Positions 28,733-38,962 of a stretch of DNA of 64,000 nt are shown piece by piece. The position numbers were made by a program, and so were the translations under genes. Positions within the stretch are counted from its first letter, which is position 1. Every line of letters begins with the position of its first letter. A model generated the notes under the pieces. It made no database searches. It worked only from the letters and a program-made list of their open reading frames with translations, and was not told where the DNA came from. This stretch comes from an uncultured Acidobacteriota bacterium (lineage in GTDB: Bacteria; Actinomycetota; Acidimicrobiia; Spongiisociales; ZC4RG35), in contig CAWENM010000002.1 in assembly GCA_963810465.1 (NCBI GenBank), forward strand, positions 518,791-582,790. The letters are read 5' to 3'.

Positions 28733-29323
28733 CTAGGTCTTGCTGGCCGAGCCGGGCTGGGCGTGGGCGCCACGTTTGAAGTAACGACGGGGCCGGCGCA
28801 ACTCGTGCTCCAGGAATCGGCCTAGCCCGACCGCGAGGAATACGTCACCGAGGCTGATCACCTGGCCGATCCCCCCGATTCGAAGCGGGATGACATCGGC
28901 TAATGCGGTGAGATTCGAACTGGAATCGAGGATCACATGCTTGAAAGACCCGGATAGATCAGGCACGGTGACCGTGAATCCGCTGGCTACTTCCGCCGCC
29001 TCGGCCAGCACCGGCATTCCGCCATTGACGGCGATGACGGTGAAGTTCATCAGGACCCCGAGACCGGCGAGCCACATCCCGGTGGCCGTGCGATTGAGCA
29101 CCACGAGGGTCATGAGCAGCCCGTATGAGATGAGGACCATGGCCAGGCCGAGACCCTCCGCCCAATCTGAGTCCGGGAGCCAGACCGTCGCCACCTGCAG
29201 CCCGAGTGCAACCAGCAACAACCACCAAGCCCGAAGCTCGATGTCGCCCAGGTTGGTCAGACGGCCCCCGCGCAGCACCGCCATGGCCAAGGCGATGAAC
29301 AAGACAATGGCCAGCCATAGCAT
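28733..29323 (-). CDS. DUF5317-type integral membrane protein (candidate aspartic peptidase)
   Basis: RGGRLTNL, MNFTVIAVNGGMPV, KH, LADVIP, VISLGDVFLAVG. Confidence 0.8.
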   Translation of the reverse strand: MLWLAIVLFIALAMAVLRGGRLTNLGDIELRAWWLLLVALGLQVATVWLPDSDWAEGLGLAMVLISYGLLMTLVVLNRTATGMWLAGLGVLMNFTVIAVNGGMPVLAEAAEVASGFTVTVPDLSGSFKHVILDSSSNLTALADVIPLRIGGIGQVISLGDVFLAVGLGRFLEHELRRPRRYFKRGAHAQPGSASKT

Positions 29324-29370
29324 GTCTCCCGACGGTAATACCGGGTGTCAAATCAGACGAAGGCGGACAA

Positions 29371-30132
29371 ATGGTCGAGTACGAAGTGGGGGCCGGGCGG
29401 GCGACGATCACGCTGTCCGATCCTGCGCGCCGCAATCCGCTGTCGGTGGAGACAATGGAGGGACTCCTCTCGGCGACGAGCCGGGCGGTGGATGACCCGG
29501 CCGTGCGTGTCCTGGTCTACACCGGTGCCGGGGATCAGGCCTTCTCCGCCGGCGGAGATCTGTCGGGCAGCTTCGTGGACGACCCTGTGGGATTGCACAG
29601 GGCCAGGGGTGTCTTCGCCGACCTGTTCCGGCTGATGCTCCGCGGTGGAAAGCCAACTGTGGCCCGGGTCAACGGTCATGCGCTCGCCGGTGGATTCGGG
29701 CTCGCCGTCGCTTGTGACGTGACGATTTGCGTCGACGACGCCAAGCTGGGGACACCCGAGATCGGGGTCGGGTTGTGGCCGATGATGATCTCAGCCCTCT
29801 TGGCCCGGGTGATGCCCCGCAAATCCGCCCTGGAGTTGATGCTGACCGGGCGCCTGATCGACGCACAAGAGGCGCAGCGTCTCGGCGCCGTATCCCGCGT
29901 CGTGCCCCGTGCCCAGCTCGATCGGGTCGTGGACGAGATCGTCGAATCGTTGCAGGCAAAGAGCGCGGCCACTCTCATGATCGGCCGGGACTCGTATTTC
30001 GGGATGGCCGATCTCGACTTCGACGCCGCCCTCGATCGGCTGCAGACCGGGCTGACCGCGGTGGCCATGAGTGAGGACGCCACCGAGGGGATTGCCGCAT
30101 TCCTGGAGAAGCGGGAGCCGCGGTGGAAGTGA
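29371..30132 (+). CDS. Enoyl-CoA hydratase/isomerase family protein
   Basis: AFSAGGDL, VNGHALAGGFGL, GTPEIGVGL, EGIAAFLEKREP. Confidence 0.92.
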   Translation: MVEYEVGAGRATITLSDPARRNPLSVETMEGLLSATSRAVDDPAVRVLVYTGAGDQAFSAGGDLSGSFVDDPVGLHRARGVFADLFRLMLRGGKPTVARVNGHALAGGFGLAVACDVTICVDDAKLGTPEIGVGLWPMMISALLARVMPRKSALELMLTGRLIDAQEAQRLGAVSRVVPRAQLDRVVDEIVESLQAKSAATLMIGRDSYFGMADLDFDAALDRLQTGLTAVAMSEDATEGIAAFLEKREPRWK

Positions 30133-30154
30133 TCTCAGCCGCGCGGCGGAAGCT

Positions 30155-30274
30155 CCGGCCGACCGGCGTCTGTTTGCCCGAGGAGCCAACCCTATGGCCG
30201 GAGGATCGAAAGGTGACTCCCCTTCAACCGGCCAACCTCGAAACGCGAGGAGACAGGCGGGCAAAGTCGGCCGG
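30155..30274. ncRNA. Candidate structured intergenic RNA
   Basis: Nested stems 30155-63/30266-74, 30173-80/30258-65, 30195-201/30228-34, 30236-40/30246-50. Confidence 0.4.
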
Positions 30275-30283
30275 CAATCAGAC

Positions 30284-30958
30284 ATGAGAAGGAACGTCTC
30301 GATCCTGGGGTGGACGCTGATCTGGAGCGGCATCTTCATCTTCGGGTTCCTGGCATGGCAGCTGTACGGCACCGACCTCGTCAATGCCAGGGTGCAGGCA
30401 GAGGCGATGTCGGACCTCGAGCGGCGAATGGCCGATGTCGCCCCTCCTCAGGTAGAGGAAGTCGAGCAGGACGATTTGGTCATCGAGCACGTGCTCGAAG
30501 ATGTGCCGGGCGAAGGTGTCGGCTTTGCGATGTTGCGAGTGCCAAAAGTCGGTCTGGAGGCCGTTGTCTTCGAGGGTGTGACCACGCCCACCCTGACTCA
30601 CGGCCCGGGCCATATGCCGGGGACGCCTCTCCCGGGTCAACCGGGCAACGCAGTCATTTCCGGCCATCGGACCACCTACGGCCGACCCTTTCACGACTTC
30701 GACCAATTGGTGGTTGGCGACCGCGTCGAGGTCGACACCGGAATCGGGACCCACGTCTACGAGGTCCGGGAGTCGTTCATCGTGGCTCCTACCGACGTCT
30801 GGGTGACCGACAGCCGACCCGGGGCGTGGCTCACCCTCACCACCTGCAACCCCAAATACTCGGCGCGTGAGCGGTTGATCATCACCGCCGAGCTGGTGGC
30901 GGGCCCGAACGTCGAGTACGTGCAACATCTCGAAGCCGCGGCCGGGTTGCCGGCCTAG
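30284..30958 (+). CDS. Sortase (class E-like)
   Basis: N-terminal TM; GPGHMPGT, ISGHRTTYG, LTLTTCNPKYSARER. Confidence 0.92.
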   Translation: MRRNVSILGWTLIWSGIFIFGFLAWQLYGTDLVNARVQAEAMSDLERRMADVAPPQVEEVEQDDLVIEHVLEDVPGEGVGFAMLRVPKVGLEAVVFEGVTTPTLTHGPGHMPGTPLPGQPGNAVISGHRTTYGRPFHDFDQLVVGDRVEVDTGIGTHVYEVRESFIVAPTDVWVTDSRPGAWLTLTTCNPKYSARERLIITAELVAGPNVEYVQHLEAAAGLPA

Positions 30959-31494
30959 ATACCCGCCGTCAGCTCCTCGAGCGTCTCCGGAGTCAGAATC
31001 CCGTTGAAGACATCGGTCACACCGCCATCCGCGTCGAGGAAGTAGGTGACGGGCAGACCGAAGTTGGGGTATGCCTGGTCGAAGGCTTCGTCGCCGAAGG
31101 CGAGGGCATAGACCGGGTCGATCTCGGCGCCGAATGCCCGGGCGGCCTCGAGCTGATCCTCGACCGCGACGCCGACGATCGCGATGTCCGGGTTCTCCCC
31201 GGCAAAGGCGGACAGGTCGGGCATCTCCTCGCGGCAGGGGACACACCAGGAGGCCCACAGGTTGATGATCAGTGGGCGACCGTCGTCGGCGATGTGCTCG
31301 GAGAGGGAAAAGCTGCCGCCGTCGAGGAGGTCGACTGTGAAGTCGGGCGCCGGCTCACCGACCTCGGCGACTGCGCTGGCGCCGGACCCGCCGATCGCCC
31401 AGGCCACGGCGAGCCCGATGAGAACGACGCCGATGAACACTCCGGTGAGCAGGAACCCCCGACCCTGCAGGGGTCCCTCCGGCTCTTCAGGCAG
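30955..31494 (-). CDS. TlpA/ResA-like membrane thiol-disulfide oxidoreductase
   Basis: [28 protein letters not shown]; start GTG 31440 or CTG 31494. Confidence 0.9.
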   Translation of the reverse strand: MPEEPEGPLQGRGFLLTGVFIGVVLIGLAVAWAIGGSGASAVAEVGEPAPDFTVDLLDGGSFSLSEHIADDGRPLIINLWASWCVPCREEMPDLSAFAGENPDIAIVGVAVEDQLEAARAFGAEIDPVYALAFGDEAFDQAYPNFGLPVTYFLDADGGVTDVFNGILTPETLEELTAGI

Positions 31495-34219
31495 AGGCCA
31501 TCTTCCTCAACACGTAGTGGAGAATGCCACCATTGCGGAGGTAGTCGATCTCGATCGGGGTGTCCACGCGTGCAACCGCGTCGAACTCCTTCACCGCCCC
31601 GTCAGCCCCGGTGGCAGTCACCTTCACGATCTGACGAGGCTGGAGGGTGTCGTCGATGGCGATGTCGTATGACTCTGTCCCGTCGATCCCTAGCGAGGAC
31701 GCATCTTGCCCTTCGAGGAAGGTGAGCGGGAGCACTCCCATCATCACGAGGTTGGAACGGTGGATTCGCTCGAATGACTTTGTGATCACGGCCCTGACGC
31801 CGAGGAGGAAGGGCCCTTTGGCCGCCCAGTCCCGGGACGAGCCCATGCCGTAGTCGCCTCCGGCGATCACGACCAGGGGTATCCCTTCTTCCTGGTAGTG
31901 CATGGCGGCGTCGTAGATGGACTTGACCTGGCCGTCCAGGAAATCAGTTGTCCACCCACCTTCTGTGCCGGGGGCGAGATCGTTCTTGACCCGGATATTG
32001 GCGAAGGTGCCCCTGGACATGACCCGGTCGTTGCCCCGACGCGACCCATAGGAGTTGAACATCGCTGGTTGGACGCCCTTGCCGATCAGGTACTGGCCGG
32101 CGGGGGTGGTCGGTGAGATCGTCCCCGCCGGGCTGATGTGGTCGGTTGTGACCGAGTCACCCAGCTTGGCCAGCACCCGGGCTCCGGTCACCGGCTCGAT
32201 CGGGCCCACGTCAGGCCCGAGACCGACGAAGAACGGAGGCTCCTGGATGTAGGTGGATTCCTCGTCCCAGTGATAGAGATCCGACTCGGGGGTGGTGATG
32301 GCTCGCCACTCATCGGATCCGGTGAAGACCTCTGAATATCTCGAGACGAACTGACCCTGGTTGACGTGATCCGCGACGAGGCCGGCGACTTCCTCCTGAC
32401 CGGGCCAGATGTCGCGCAGGAACACGTCCTTCCCATCCCGGTCTTGGCCCAGCGGCTCGTTGATCGGGTCCCAATCGACGGTCCCGGCCAGGGCATAGGC
32501 CACGACGAGGGGCGGGGAGGCGAGATAGTTGGCCCTGGCATCGGGTGAGATCCGGCCCTCGAAGTTGCGGTTCCCGGAGAGGACTGAGACCGCCACGAGC
32601 CCTCGCTCGTTGACCGCCCGGGAGATCGGCTCCGACAACGGCCCTGAGTTCCCGATGCAAGTGGTGCACCCGTAGCCGACGATGTGAAACCCGAGATACT
32701 CGAGGTCCTCGAGAAGACCCGAGCTGGTCAGATACTCGGTGACGACCTTCGAGCCTGGGGCCAAGGAGGACTTGACCCACGGCTTGCGCTGGAGACCGAG
32801 CTCACGAGCCCTCCGAGCCACCAGCCCGGCTCCGATCATCACATCGGGATTCGATGTGTTGGTACACGATGTGATCGCTGCGATCACGACATCGCCGTCG
32901 GTGAGCAGGAACCTCTCCCCGTCGACTTCGACCTCAACACCTGTCTTTGCCTTCAGCGATCCGGCTTCGACGGGCCGGCCGCCCTCGTCTTCCCAGCTGA
33001 CGACCGTGGAGGCCGACGATCCCCCGTTCTTGCCGAAGAGATTGGTCAGATCCGATCGCCACTGCGTCGCCATCGCCGAAAGGGCGATTCGGTCCTGGGG
33101 TCGTCTCGGGCCTGCCAGCGACGGCTCGACGGTCGACATGTCGAGCTCGAGAGACGACGAGTATGCGACCGACCGGTTGTCGTCCCGCCACAAGCCTTGG
33201 GTCTTGCAGTACTGCTCGACGGTGTCGATCAGCTTGTCGTCGCGGCCGGTCAGGCGGAGATAGTCCAGGGTTCGGTCATCGACCGGGAAATACCCGATGG
33301 TGGCTCCGTATTCGGGAGCCATGTTGGCGATGGTCGCCCGGTTGGCCACGGGCATGTCGGCCAGTCCGGGGCCGTGGAACTCCACGAACTTGTCAACCAC
33401 GCCGTGCTCCCGAAGCATCTCAGTGACCCTCAGCACGAGGTCGGTGGCGGTTGTCCCCTCACTGAGACGGCCGGTCAGCTTGAACCCGACCACCTCGGGA
33501 AGAAGCATGTAGATCGGCTGTCCGACCATTGCCGCCTCGGCCTCGATGCCGCCGACTCCCCAACCCACGACGCCGAGGCCGTTGATCATCGTGGTGTGGC
33601 TGTCGGTCCCAACCAGGCTGTCCGGGTAGAGCCAGTGCCCGTCGTCCCACACCACTTTCGCCAGATACTCCAGGTTCACCTGGTGGACAATGCCGGTGGC
33701 GGGGGGGACAACCCTGAAGTTGGCGAAGGCCGACTGACCCCACTTGAGGAACTCGTAGCGCTCCTGATTGCGCTCGAACTCCTTGCGGGAGTTGATCGTC
33801 AGGGCATCGGCTCGGGCGAAGGCGTCGACCTGGACCGAATGATCGACCACCAGGTCGACCGGGATCAACGGGTTCACCCTCTGCGCCGATCCCTCGTCGC
33901 CGGTCATCGACACTATGGCCGATCGCATCGCGGCGAGATCGACCACGGTGGGGACTCCGGTGAAGTCCTGGAGGACGACTCTCCCAGGCACGAAGGGGAT
34001 CTCGCCCCCACCGACGCGGGTGGCGTCGTAAGCGGCGATTGTGGACACGTCGGCGGCGGTGACCGAGGTCCCGTCGAGATTGCGCAGTGCCGACTCCAAG
34101 ATGACCTTTATCGAGTATGGGAGGCTCTCGGCCCCCTCGACCGTGTCGAGACGGGCTATCTCCCGAGACCCGAGTGGGGTGTCGAGCGTGGCGCGGGACC
34201 CGAATGGATCGATGGACAT
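31487..34219 (-). CDS. acnA: Aconitate hydratase A
   Basis: [63 protein letters not shown]. Confidence 0.98.
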   Translation of the reverse strand: MSIDPFGSRATLDTPLGSREIARLDTVEGAESLPYSIKVILESALRNLDGTSVTAADVSTIAAYDATRVGGGEIPFVPGRVVLQDFTGVPTVVDLAAMRSAIVSMTGDEGSAQRVNPLIPVDLVVDHSVQVDAFARADALTINSRKEFERNQERYEFLKWGQSAFANFRVVPPATGIVHQVNLEYLAKVVWDDGHWLYPDSLVGTDSHTTMINGLGVVGWGVGGIEAEAAMVGQPIYMLLPEVVGFKLTGRLSEGTTATDLVLRVTEMLREHGVVDKFVEFHGPGLADMPVANRATIANMAPEYGATIGYFPVDDRTLDYLRLTGRDDKLIDTVEQYCKTQGLWRDDNRSVAYSSSLELDMSTVEPSLAGPRRPQDRIALSAMATQWRSDLTNLFGKNGGSSASTVVSWEDEGGRPVEAGSLKAKTGVEVEVDGERFLLTDGDVVIAAITSCTNTSNPDVMIGAGLVARRARELGLQRKPWVKSSLAPGSKVVTEYLTSSGLLEDLEYLGFHIVGYGCTTCIGNSGPLSEPISRAVNERGLVAVSVLSGNRNFEGRISPDARANYLASPPLVVAYALAGTVDWDPINEPLGQDRDGKDVFLRDIWPGQEEVAGLVADHVNQGQFVSRYSEVFTGSDEWRAITTPESDLYHWDEESTYIQEPPFFVGLGPDVGPIEPVTGARVLAKLGDSVTTDHISPAGTISPTTPAGQYLIGKGVQPAMFNSYGSRRGNDRVMSRGTFANIRVKNDLAPGTEGGWTTDFLDGQVKSIYDAAMHYQEEGIPLVVIAGGDYGMGSSRDWAAKGPFLLGVRAVITKSFERIHRSNLVMMGVLPLTFLEGQDASSLGIDGTESYDIAIDDTLQPRQIVKVTATGADGAVKEFDAVARVDTPIEIDYLRNGGILHYVLRKMASA

Positions 34220-34303
34220 GCTCGAAGGTTACCGACGGGATGGGAATCCAAGGTCAGGGCCTGACTCGAAAGACTGGCCGCTCTTACCTGGAACCTAAAA
34301 CTC

Positions 34304-35014
34304 TTACCCGATCGTCACGGGGACGCGGGTCACGCATTCATCCTCGAGGACGGTGTGGGGGATGATCACCGGGTTGCAGTCATAGGAGAGGGCTCCAAAC
34401 ATCCCGGCGACGATCCCCCTATCGAGGGAGCAAATCACTTCGGGGTGGCTCGTTGCAGCCTCGCCGAAGGGGCAATGGGTGGTCAAGAGCCGCTGGCCTT
34501 CCACATCCGGGTCGACTGAGAAGCCCAGCCCGGTCATGGCTCTGGCCACGGCCTGGACGGCCCCGTCATAGCCGGGCTCATCAGGGACCCCGATCTCGGC
34601 GGCCAACTCGGCCCCGTAGGCGCGCCCCACCGATTCGGCGACCTGGCCAACGTTGTCCGGGGCAACCTGATCCAGCACCCTGATCAGCATCTCGACCAGC
34701 ATCTCGAACCGCCGCGGGGCGAAATGGACCGACACTTCCTTGGTGGTCGCCTCGTAGCACTTGGCCGGTCGCCCGGCCCCGGGCCCGCCCTTGCCGGATG
34801 GGCGGCGATGGCTGACTTTGAGATAGCCCTCTTCGGCCAGAAGGTCGAGATGATGACGTGCGACGTTGGGGTGGATGCCGAAGAGCTCGGCGACAGCAGA
34901 TGTGGTGAGGGGCTCGGCCGATTCCCTGACCGCGATATAGATGGCCCTCCGGGTGGGATCGCCCAAGGCTGCCGTCAGGTCGGAGATCCTCGATTCGAGG
35001 GTCCTGGTGTCCAT
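34304..35014 (-). CDS. SufR-like HTH transcriptional regulator with Cys-containing C-terminus
   Basis: ALGDPTRRAI, HPNVARHHL, GAGRPAKCY, HCPF, ICSLD, ECV; lies between acnA and mrp. Confidence 0.75.
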   Translation of the reverse strand: MDTRTLESRISDLTAALGDPTRRAIYIAVRESAEPLTTSAVAELFGIHPNVARHHLDLLAEEGYLKVSHRRPSGKGGPGAGRPAKCYEATTKEVSVHFAPRRFEMLVEMLIRVLDQVAPDNVGQVAESVGRAYGAELAAEIGVPDEPGYDGAVQAVARAMTGLGFSVDPDVEGQRLLTTHCPFGEAATSHPEVICSLDRGIVAGMFGALSYDCNPVIIPHTVLEDECVTRVPVTIG

Positions 35015-35084
35015 GAGGGGTACCAATCGGCCAAAACTATAGTGGCCAGGCCTTCTCTAACCACTGCCGGCGTAGGGGAAATCG

Positions 35085-36164
35085 ATGACTTCCAACGATG
35101 AGATCTTCGAGGCCGTCGCGTCCATCGAGTCCCCGCTCCTTGTGGGTAGGACATTGGGCAGTCTCGGTCTGGTCAAGTCGGCCGAGAAGAAGCTCGGCAA
35201 GGTGAAGGTCGACCTGCTGCTCCCCACCTCGAACCCACCCGATCTCCTCAACGAGCGTCTGCAACAGGCACTGGAGCCATACGGTCGCGGCGCAGACGTG
35301 ACCGTGGAGGTCATGACCGAGCAGATGGCGATCGAGTGGATCGGCAATCTGCGCGCGGAGTCCGGGCCGGGGCTAGGGGAGCCTGGATCCCCGACAAGGG
35401 TGCTGGCGATCTCGTCCGGCAAGGGAGGCGTGGGCAAGTCGTCGGTCAGCTCCAACCTGGCGGTCTCGTTGCGGCGTGGTGGGAACCGCGTGGGCATCGT
35501 GGACGGCGATATCTGGGGCTTCTCCATTCCCCGGATGCTCGGGGTGACCGATCCCCCACTGCTGGTAGGCGAGGCGATCGTTCCTCCCACGGCCCATGGT
35601 GTGAAGGTGATGTCGATGGACTATTTCGTCGGCGACGACAAAGCGGTGATATGGCGGGGCCCGATGCTGCACAAAGCGATCGAGCAGTTCCTCAAGGATG
35701 TGTTCTGGGACACACTCGACTTCCTGATCGTCGATATGCCCCCCGGCACCGGTGATATCGCCATATCGATGTCTCAGTTCCTCCCCCGAGCCCAGGTCCT
35801 TCTCGTCACGACTCCTCAGCCCACTGCACAGAGGGTGGCGCGGCGTGCCGCCCTGATGGCGGCGGAGGTCGACCAGCAGGTCATCGGGGTTGTGGAGAAC
35901 ATGTCCTGGTTCACCGGTGACGATGACAAGCGCTATGAGTTGTTTGGAAGCGGCGGCGGCGCTGCCTTGGCCGACGAGCTCGGGGTGGATCTGATGGCTC
36001 AGATCCCCCTGTTGCCGGCGATGGGAAGAGGCGCCGACGAAGGACATCCGGTTTCGATCGCCGCTCCCGGATCCGAGGCTGCGGATGCATTCGACGGCCT
36101 GGCGAAGGCGGTTGTCGACAAGCGACCTCGCATCAGGACCAACCCGGCTCTCGTGATCAATTGA
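35085..36164 (+). CDS. mrp: Mrp/NBP35/ApbC family ATPase
   Basis: SGKGGVGKS, DGDIWGFSIP, WRGPMLH, DMPPGTGD, VVENMS. Confidence 0.93.
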   Translation: MTSNDEIFEAVASIESPLLVGRTLGSLGLVKSAEKKLGKVKVDLLLPTSNPPDLLNERLQQALEPYGRGADVTVEVMTEQMAIEWIGNLRAESGPGLGEPGSPTRVLAISSGKGGVGKSSVSSNLAVSLRRGGNRVGIVDGDIWGFSIPRMLGVTDPPLLVGEAIVPPTAHGVKVMSMDYFVGDDKAVIWRGPMLHKAIEQFLKDVFWDTLDFLIVDMPPGTGDIAISMSQFLPRAQVLLVTTPQPTAQRVARRAALMAAEVDQQVIGVVENMSWFTGDDDKRYELFGSGGGAALADELGVDLMAQIPLLPAMGRGADEGHPVSIAAPGSEAADAFDGLAKAVVDKRPRIRTNPALVIN

Positions 36165-37039
36165 GCTCCCGAAATCGCAGCAGACGCTTCGCCATCGGTG
36201 TGGCCGGCTGGGTGTTCGGTCTCGCCTCCACCGTGCTCCTGGTCGGGATCTGGGGTAGGGCCGTCGTGGTCGACACCGACGAGTTGGCCGACACGCTCAG
36301 CCCGCTGGCGGCGGGCGACATGGTGTCCGATCGGCTGGCCAGCTGGCTGGAGGCCGAGCTCGTGGCTGCCGGGGTAGATGGCGTCGGCGCTTCGGTCGTG
36401 GCCGACCAGGTGCTGGCCCATCCTTCTGTCGGGCCGGCCCTCGAGCAGCTGGTGGCCGAGGGTGTCGAAGCGGCGGCCTCGGGAGATCCGAACGGAGGCT
36501 CGGTCGATGTGGCCGCCATCCTGGTCCCCGCCTCGGGCCAGATCGCCACGGGGTTGAACGAGGCCGGCGTGCCGGTGAGCGCCGAGCGGGTCGAAGCCGC
36601 CCTGGCCCAACTCGACCCCCTCGTCATCCGTGACCCGGCCGATCAGCCATTCGTGGGGGCCTCCTCGCCGTTGGCGGCCAACCTGGGCACGGCCGCGATG
36701 CTCGGCGCTGTGCTCATGCTCTTTGCCGGAGCTGCCTACATCGTCATGTCGATGGATCGGATGCGCGCGTTCAGGGCGCTTCTCACCCGGTTCGCCCTGG
36801 GCGCCCTTTCGTTCGCCGTGCTGCTCCGGATCGGCTCCTGGCTCGTCGACCCCGAAGGCGGAAGAGCGCCGTTCCGGGAGAGCTTCGCCCTGCTGGCGAA
36901 CTCGAAGTGGATGGTGCCGCTGACCATCGGCCTGGTGGCGATGGCCGCGGCGATCGTCTTCCGCGTGTTCCGCCGGCGGGTCAGACCGGCGGCAACGTCC
37001 CGCTCAGAAGACGGGCGGCCCATACGCCAAGAAGCATGA
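36161..37039 (+). CDS. Hypothetical membrane protein
   Basis: TTGA overlap with mrp; one N-terminal and three C-terminal TM segments. Confidence 0.7.
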   Translation: MSSRNRSRRFAIGVAGWVFGLASTVLLVGIWGRAVVVDTDELADTLSPLAAGDMVSDRLASWLEAELVAAGVDGVGASVVADQVLAHPSVGPALEQLVAEGVEAAASGDPNGGSVDVAAILVPASGQIATGLNEAGVPVSAERVEAALAQLDPLVIRDPADQPFVGASSPLAANLGTAAMLGAVLMLFAGAAYIVMSMDRMRAFRALLTRFALGALSFAVLLRIGSWLVDPEGGRAPFRESFALLANSKWMVPLTIGLVAMAAAIVFRVFRRRVRPAATSRSEDGRPIRQEA

Positions 37040-37367
37040 CCCCGGTGACGATGAGGATGCTGTTCACCCATCTCGTCGGGAGGGGTTGAACCCGCCCTGA
37101 GCGTCGCAGCAGGTACCAGGCCCATCCCCCTACCAACAGGATTGCGATCAGCGGAACCAGCGGGTGATAGCCCAGGGCGGTGCTGAGGTCGCCCCGGATC
37201 AGAGAGGAGGCGGCCCGGGTCATGCCACAGCCCGGGCAGGCCATCCCGGTGATCAGAGCGAAGGGGCAGACCGTGACGCCGTCATCCACCGGTCTGACCG
37301 AAGCGAGGAGCGCGATCACCGCCAGCGGGGCGGCGAGTAACAGCCGGTCTCGCCAGACCCTGGTCAA
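36981..37367 (-). CDS. DUF2752 family membrane protein
   Basis: CPFALITGMACPGCGMTRA, YHPL; TTGA overlap. Confidence 0.85.
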   Translation of the reverse strand: MTRVWRDRLLLAAPLAVIALLASVRPVDDGVTVCPFALITGMACPGCGMTRAASSLIRGDLSTALGYHPLVPLIAILLVGGWAWYLLRRSGRVQPLPTRWVNSILIVTGVMLLGVWAARLLSGTLPPV

Positions 37368-37684
37368 CGGAACATGTCCTCCCGCCAGAACTCCTCGGAC
37401 CAGGGGACCATCGCCAATCCGGCGATGGTGGCGATGATCGCAAAGATGATCCCGAGCCCGAGAAGCACCGTGGCGATTATCCCGATGATCCGGGCCGCGG
37501 TTGCCGTGCCCTCGTTCTGCGGGTTGCGGCGCCCTGTCTTGATCCCTTCCAGCTCGTTGTTGGCCATGATCCAGGCCACGATGCCGAGGACCTGGCAACA
37601 GACCAGGCCGACGATGCCGAGCACGAGGGCGGTGGAGGCCTGGCTGGCCTCGGGATATGCGGTCGACTCTTGTGGGAAGCTCAT
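37364..37684 (-). CDS. DUF4190 family membrane protein
   Basis: ALVLGIVGLVCC..G.ATAARIIGII; TAGGCT-N6-ATG. Confidence 0.8.
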   Translation of the reverse strand: MSFPQESTAYPEASQASTALVLGIVGLVCCQVLGIVAWIMANNELEGIKTGRRNPQNEGTATAARIIGIIATVLLGLGIIFAIIATIAGLAMVPWSEEFWREDMFR

Positions 37685-37693
37685 ATCCCGAGC

Positions 37694-38962
37694 CTATCGG
37701 TTCAGACGATCGAGGGTCCGATAGAGGATCGAGGCCGGGGTGAGGAACCAGGGATTGCCCCGGTAATAGAAGCGGGTCGGGTGATGCACTTTGGTGAAGA
37801 CGCTCGGGGGTTCCTCACCCAAGAGCATCCCGGCCAGCTCGTGACCCATCAGCGTCGACAGACCCACCCCGTGACCGGCATAACCCAGCGCGTACCAGGC
37901 CCCGTCAACCTGCCCCATATGCGGAACGAGGTCGAAGGGGACCGCGAGCTTGCCGCCCCAGACATGAGTCAGGGGCACGTCCTCGAGCTGGGGGAAGTAC
38001 CCGAGGAGCTGGCTTCGCAGCGCTGCGGCCGACTCGGCCAGGTCGAGCCCGGTGTGGAGGTTGCGCCGGCCGCCGATCAGGATGCGACCGTCCGGGGTGC
38101 GCCGCATGTAATTGAGGAGCCGCTTCTTGGTGTAGGTCATCGCCCCGCCCGGAAAGATCTCGGTGGCACGATCGGCGATGGGCTCGGTGACCACGATGTA
38201 TGACCCGACCGGGACGATGCGCCGGGCGAGCTCGGCTGAGGGTCGGTCGGTGGTGTAGCCATTGGTGGCGAGGACGATCTCGCCGGCCCGGATCGGGCCT
38301 TTCGATGTCACTACCCGGAACCCGGCACCGTCCTTTTCGAAAGACGTTGCCTCACAATGGGACACGAGCCGGGCTCCGACCGCGGCGACACGGGAGGCGA
38401 GACCGAAGACGAAACGGGCCGGTTGGATCCCAAAGCCCTCCGGCTCGAAGATGGCTGTCGTGAAGGGCCCGTCCCCGATCACCTCGCCGACTCGACCCGG
38501 GCCGAGCACCTCCCAGTCGACTCCGACGTGCTCTCGATACCAGGAGACGCTCTGCTCGAACTTGGCCTGGGCGTCAGGCCCTACCCCCAGGGCTGCCATG
38601 CCACCCCTCATGATCTTCAAGTCGATCGATTCGGTTGCAGCCAAGTCCGAGACGATGTCGACCGACCGGACCGTCGCCCGCCACATCTCCCGTCCCAGCT
38701 CCGGGCCGTATTGCTCGAAGATGACCTTGATGCCCGCCTTGATGTCCGGTGAGACCATGCCGCCGTTGACGCTCGATGCTCCCGAGGCAATCTCGCCTGA
38801 GTCGACCACGACCACTGACTTCCCGCCGCGGGCCAGACGCAATGCTGCAGTCAACCCGGTGAGCCCGGACCCGACGATGAGGACGTCGGCGTCGCCGGGG
38901 AGATCGGATGTGATGTTCTCCGGCCTGGGGTGCTCCTCGACCCAGAAGGGAGTCTGCTTCAC
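37694..38962 (-). CDS. FAD-dependent oxidoreductase (PuuB/gamma-glutamylputrescine oxidase-like)
   Basis: IVGSGLTG, GASSVNGG, ATNGYT, GYAGHGV; polyamine gene context. Confidence 0.82.
   Translation of the reverse strand: MKQTPFWVEEHPRPENITSDLPGDADVLIVGSGLTGLTAALRLARGGKSVVVVDSGEIASGASSVNGGMVSPDIKAGIKVIFEQYGPELGREMWRATVRSVDIVSDLAATESIDLKIMRGGMAALGVGPDAQAKFEQSVSWYREHVGVDWEVLGPGRVGEVIGDGPFTTAIFEPEGFGIQPARFVFGLASRVAAVGARLVSHCEATSFEKDGAGFRVVTSKGPIRAGEIVLATNGYTTDRPSAELARRIVPVGSYIVVTEPIADRATEIFPGGAMTYTKKRLLNYMRRTPDGRILIGGRRNLHTGLDLAESAAALRSQLLGYFPQLEDVPLTHVWGGKLAVPFDLVPHMGQVDGAWYALGYAGHGVGLSTLMGHELAGMLLGEEPPSVFTKVHHPTRFYYRGNPWFLTPASILYRTLDRLNR

Noticed and set aside
30155-30274. Glycine, c-di-GMP, c-di-AMP or yybP riboswitch, or HDV-like ribozyme
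   Set aside because: Only short partial motif matches; required helices and conserved cores are absent
30284-31494. Sortase-pilus locus
   Set aside because: No adjacent LPxTG/LAxTG substrate genes recognised
35085-36164. Mrp lacks the C-terminal CxxC (ENMSWFTGDDD)
   Set aside because: Cys-less Mrp is, to my knowledge, usual in Actinobacteria
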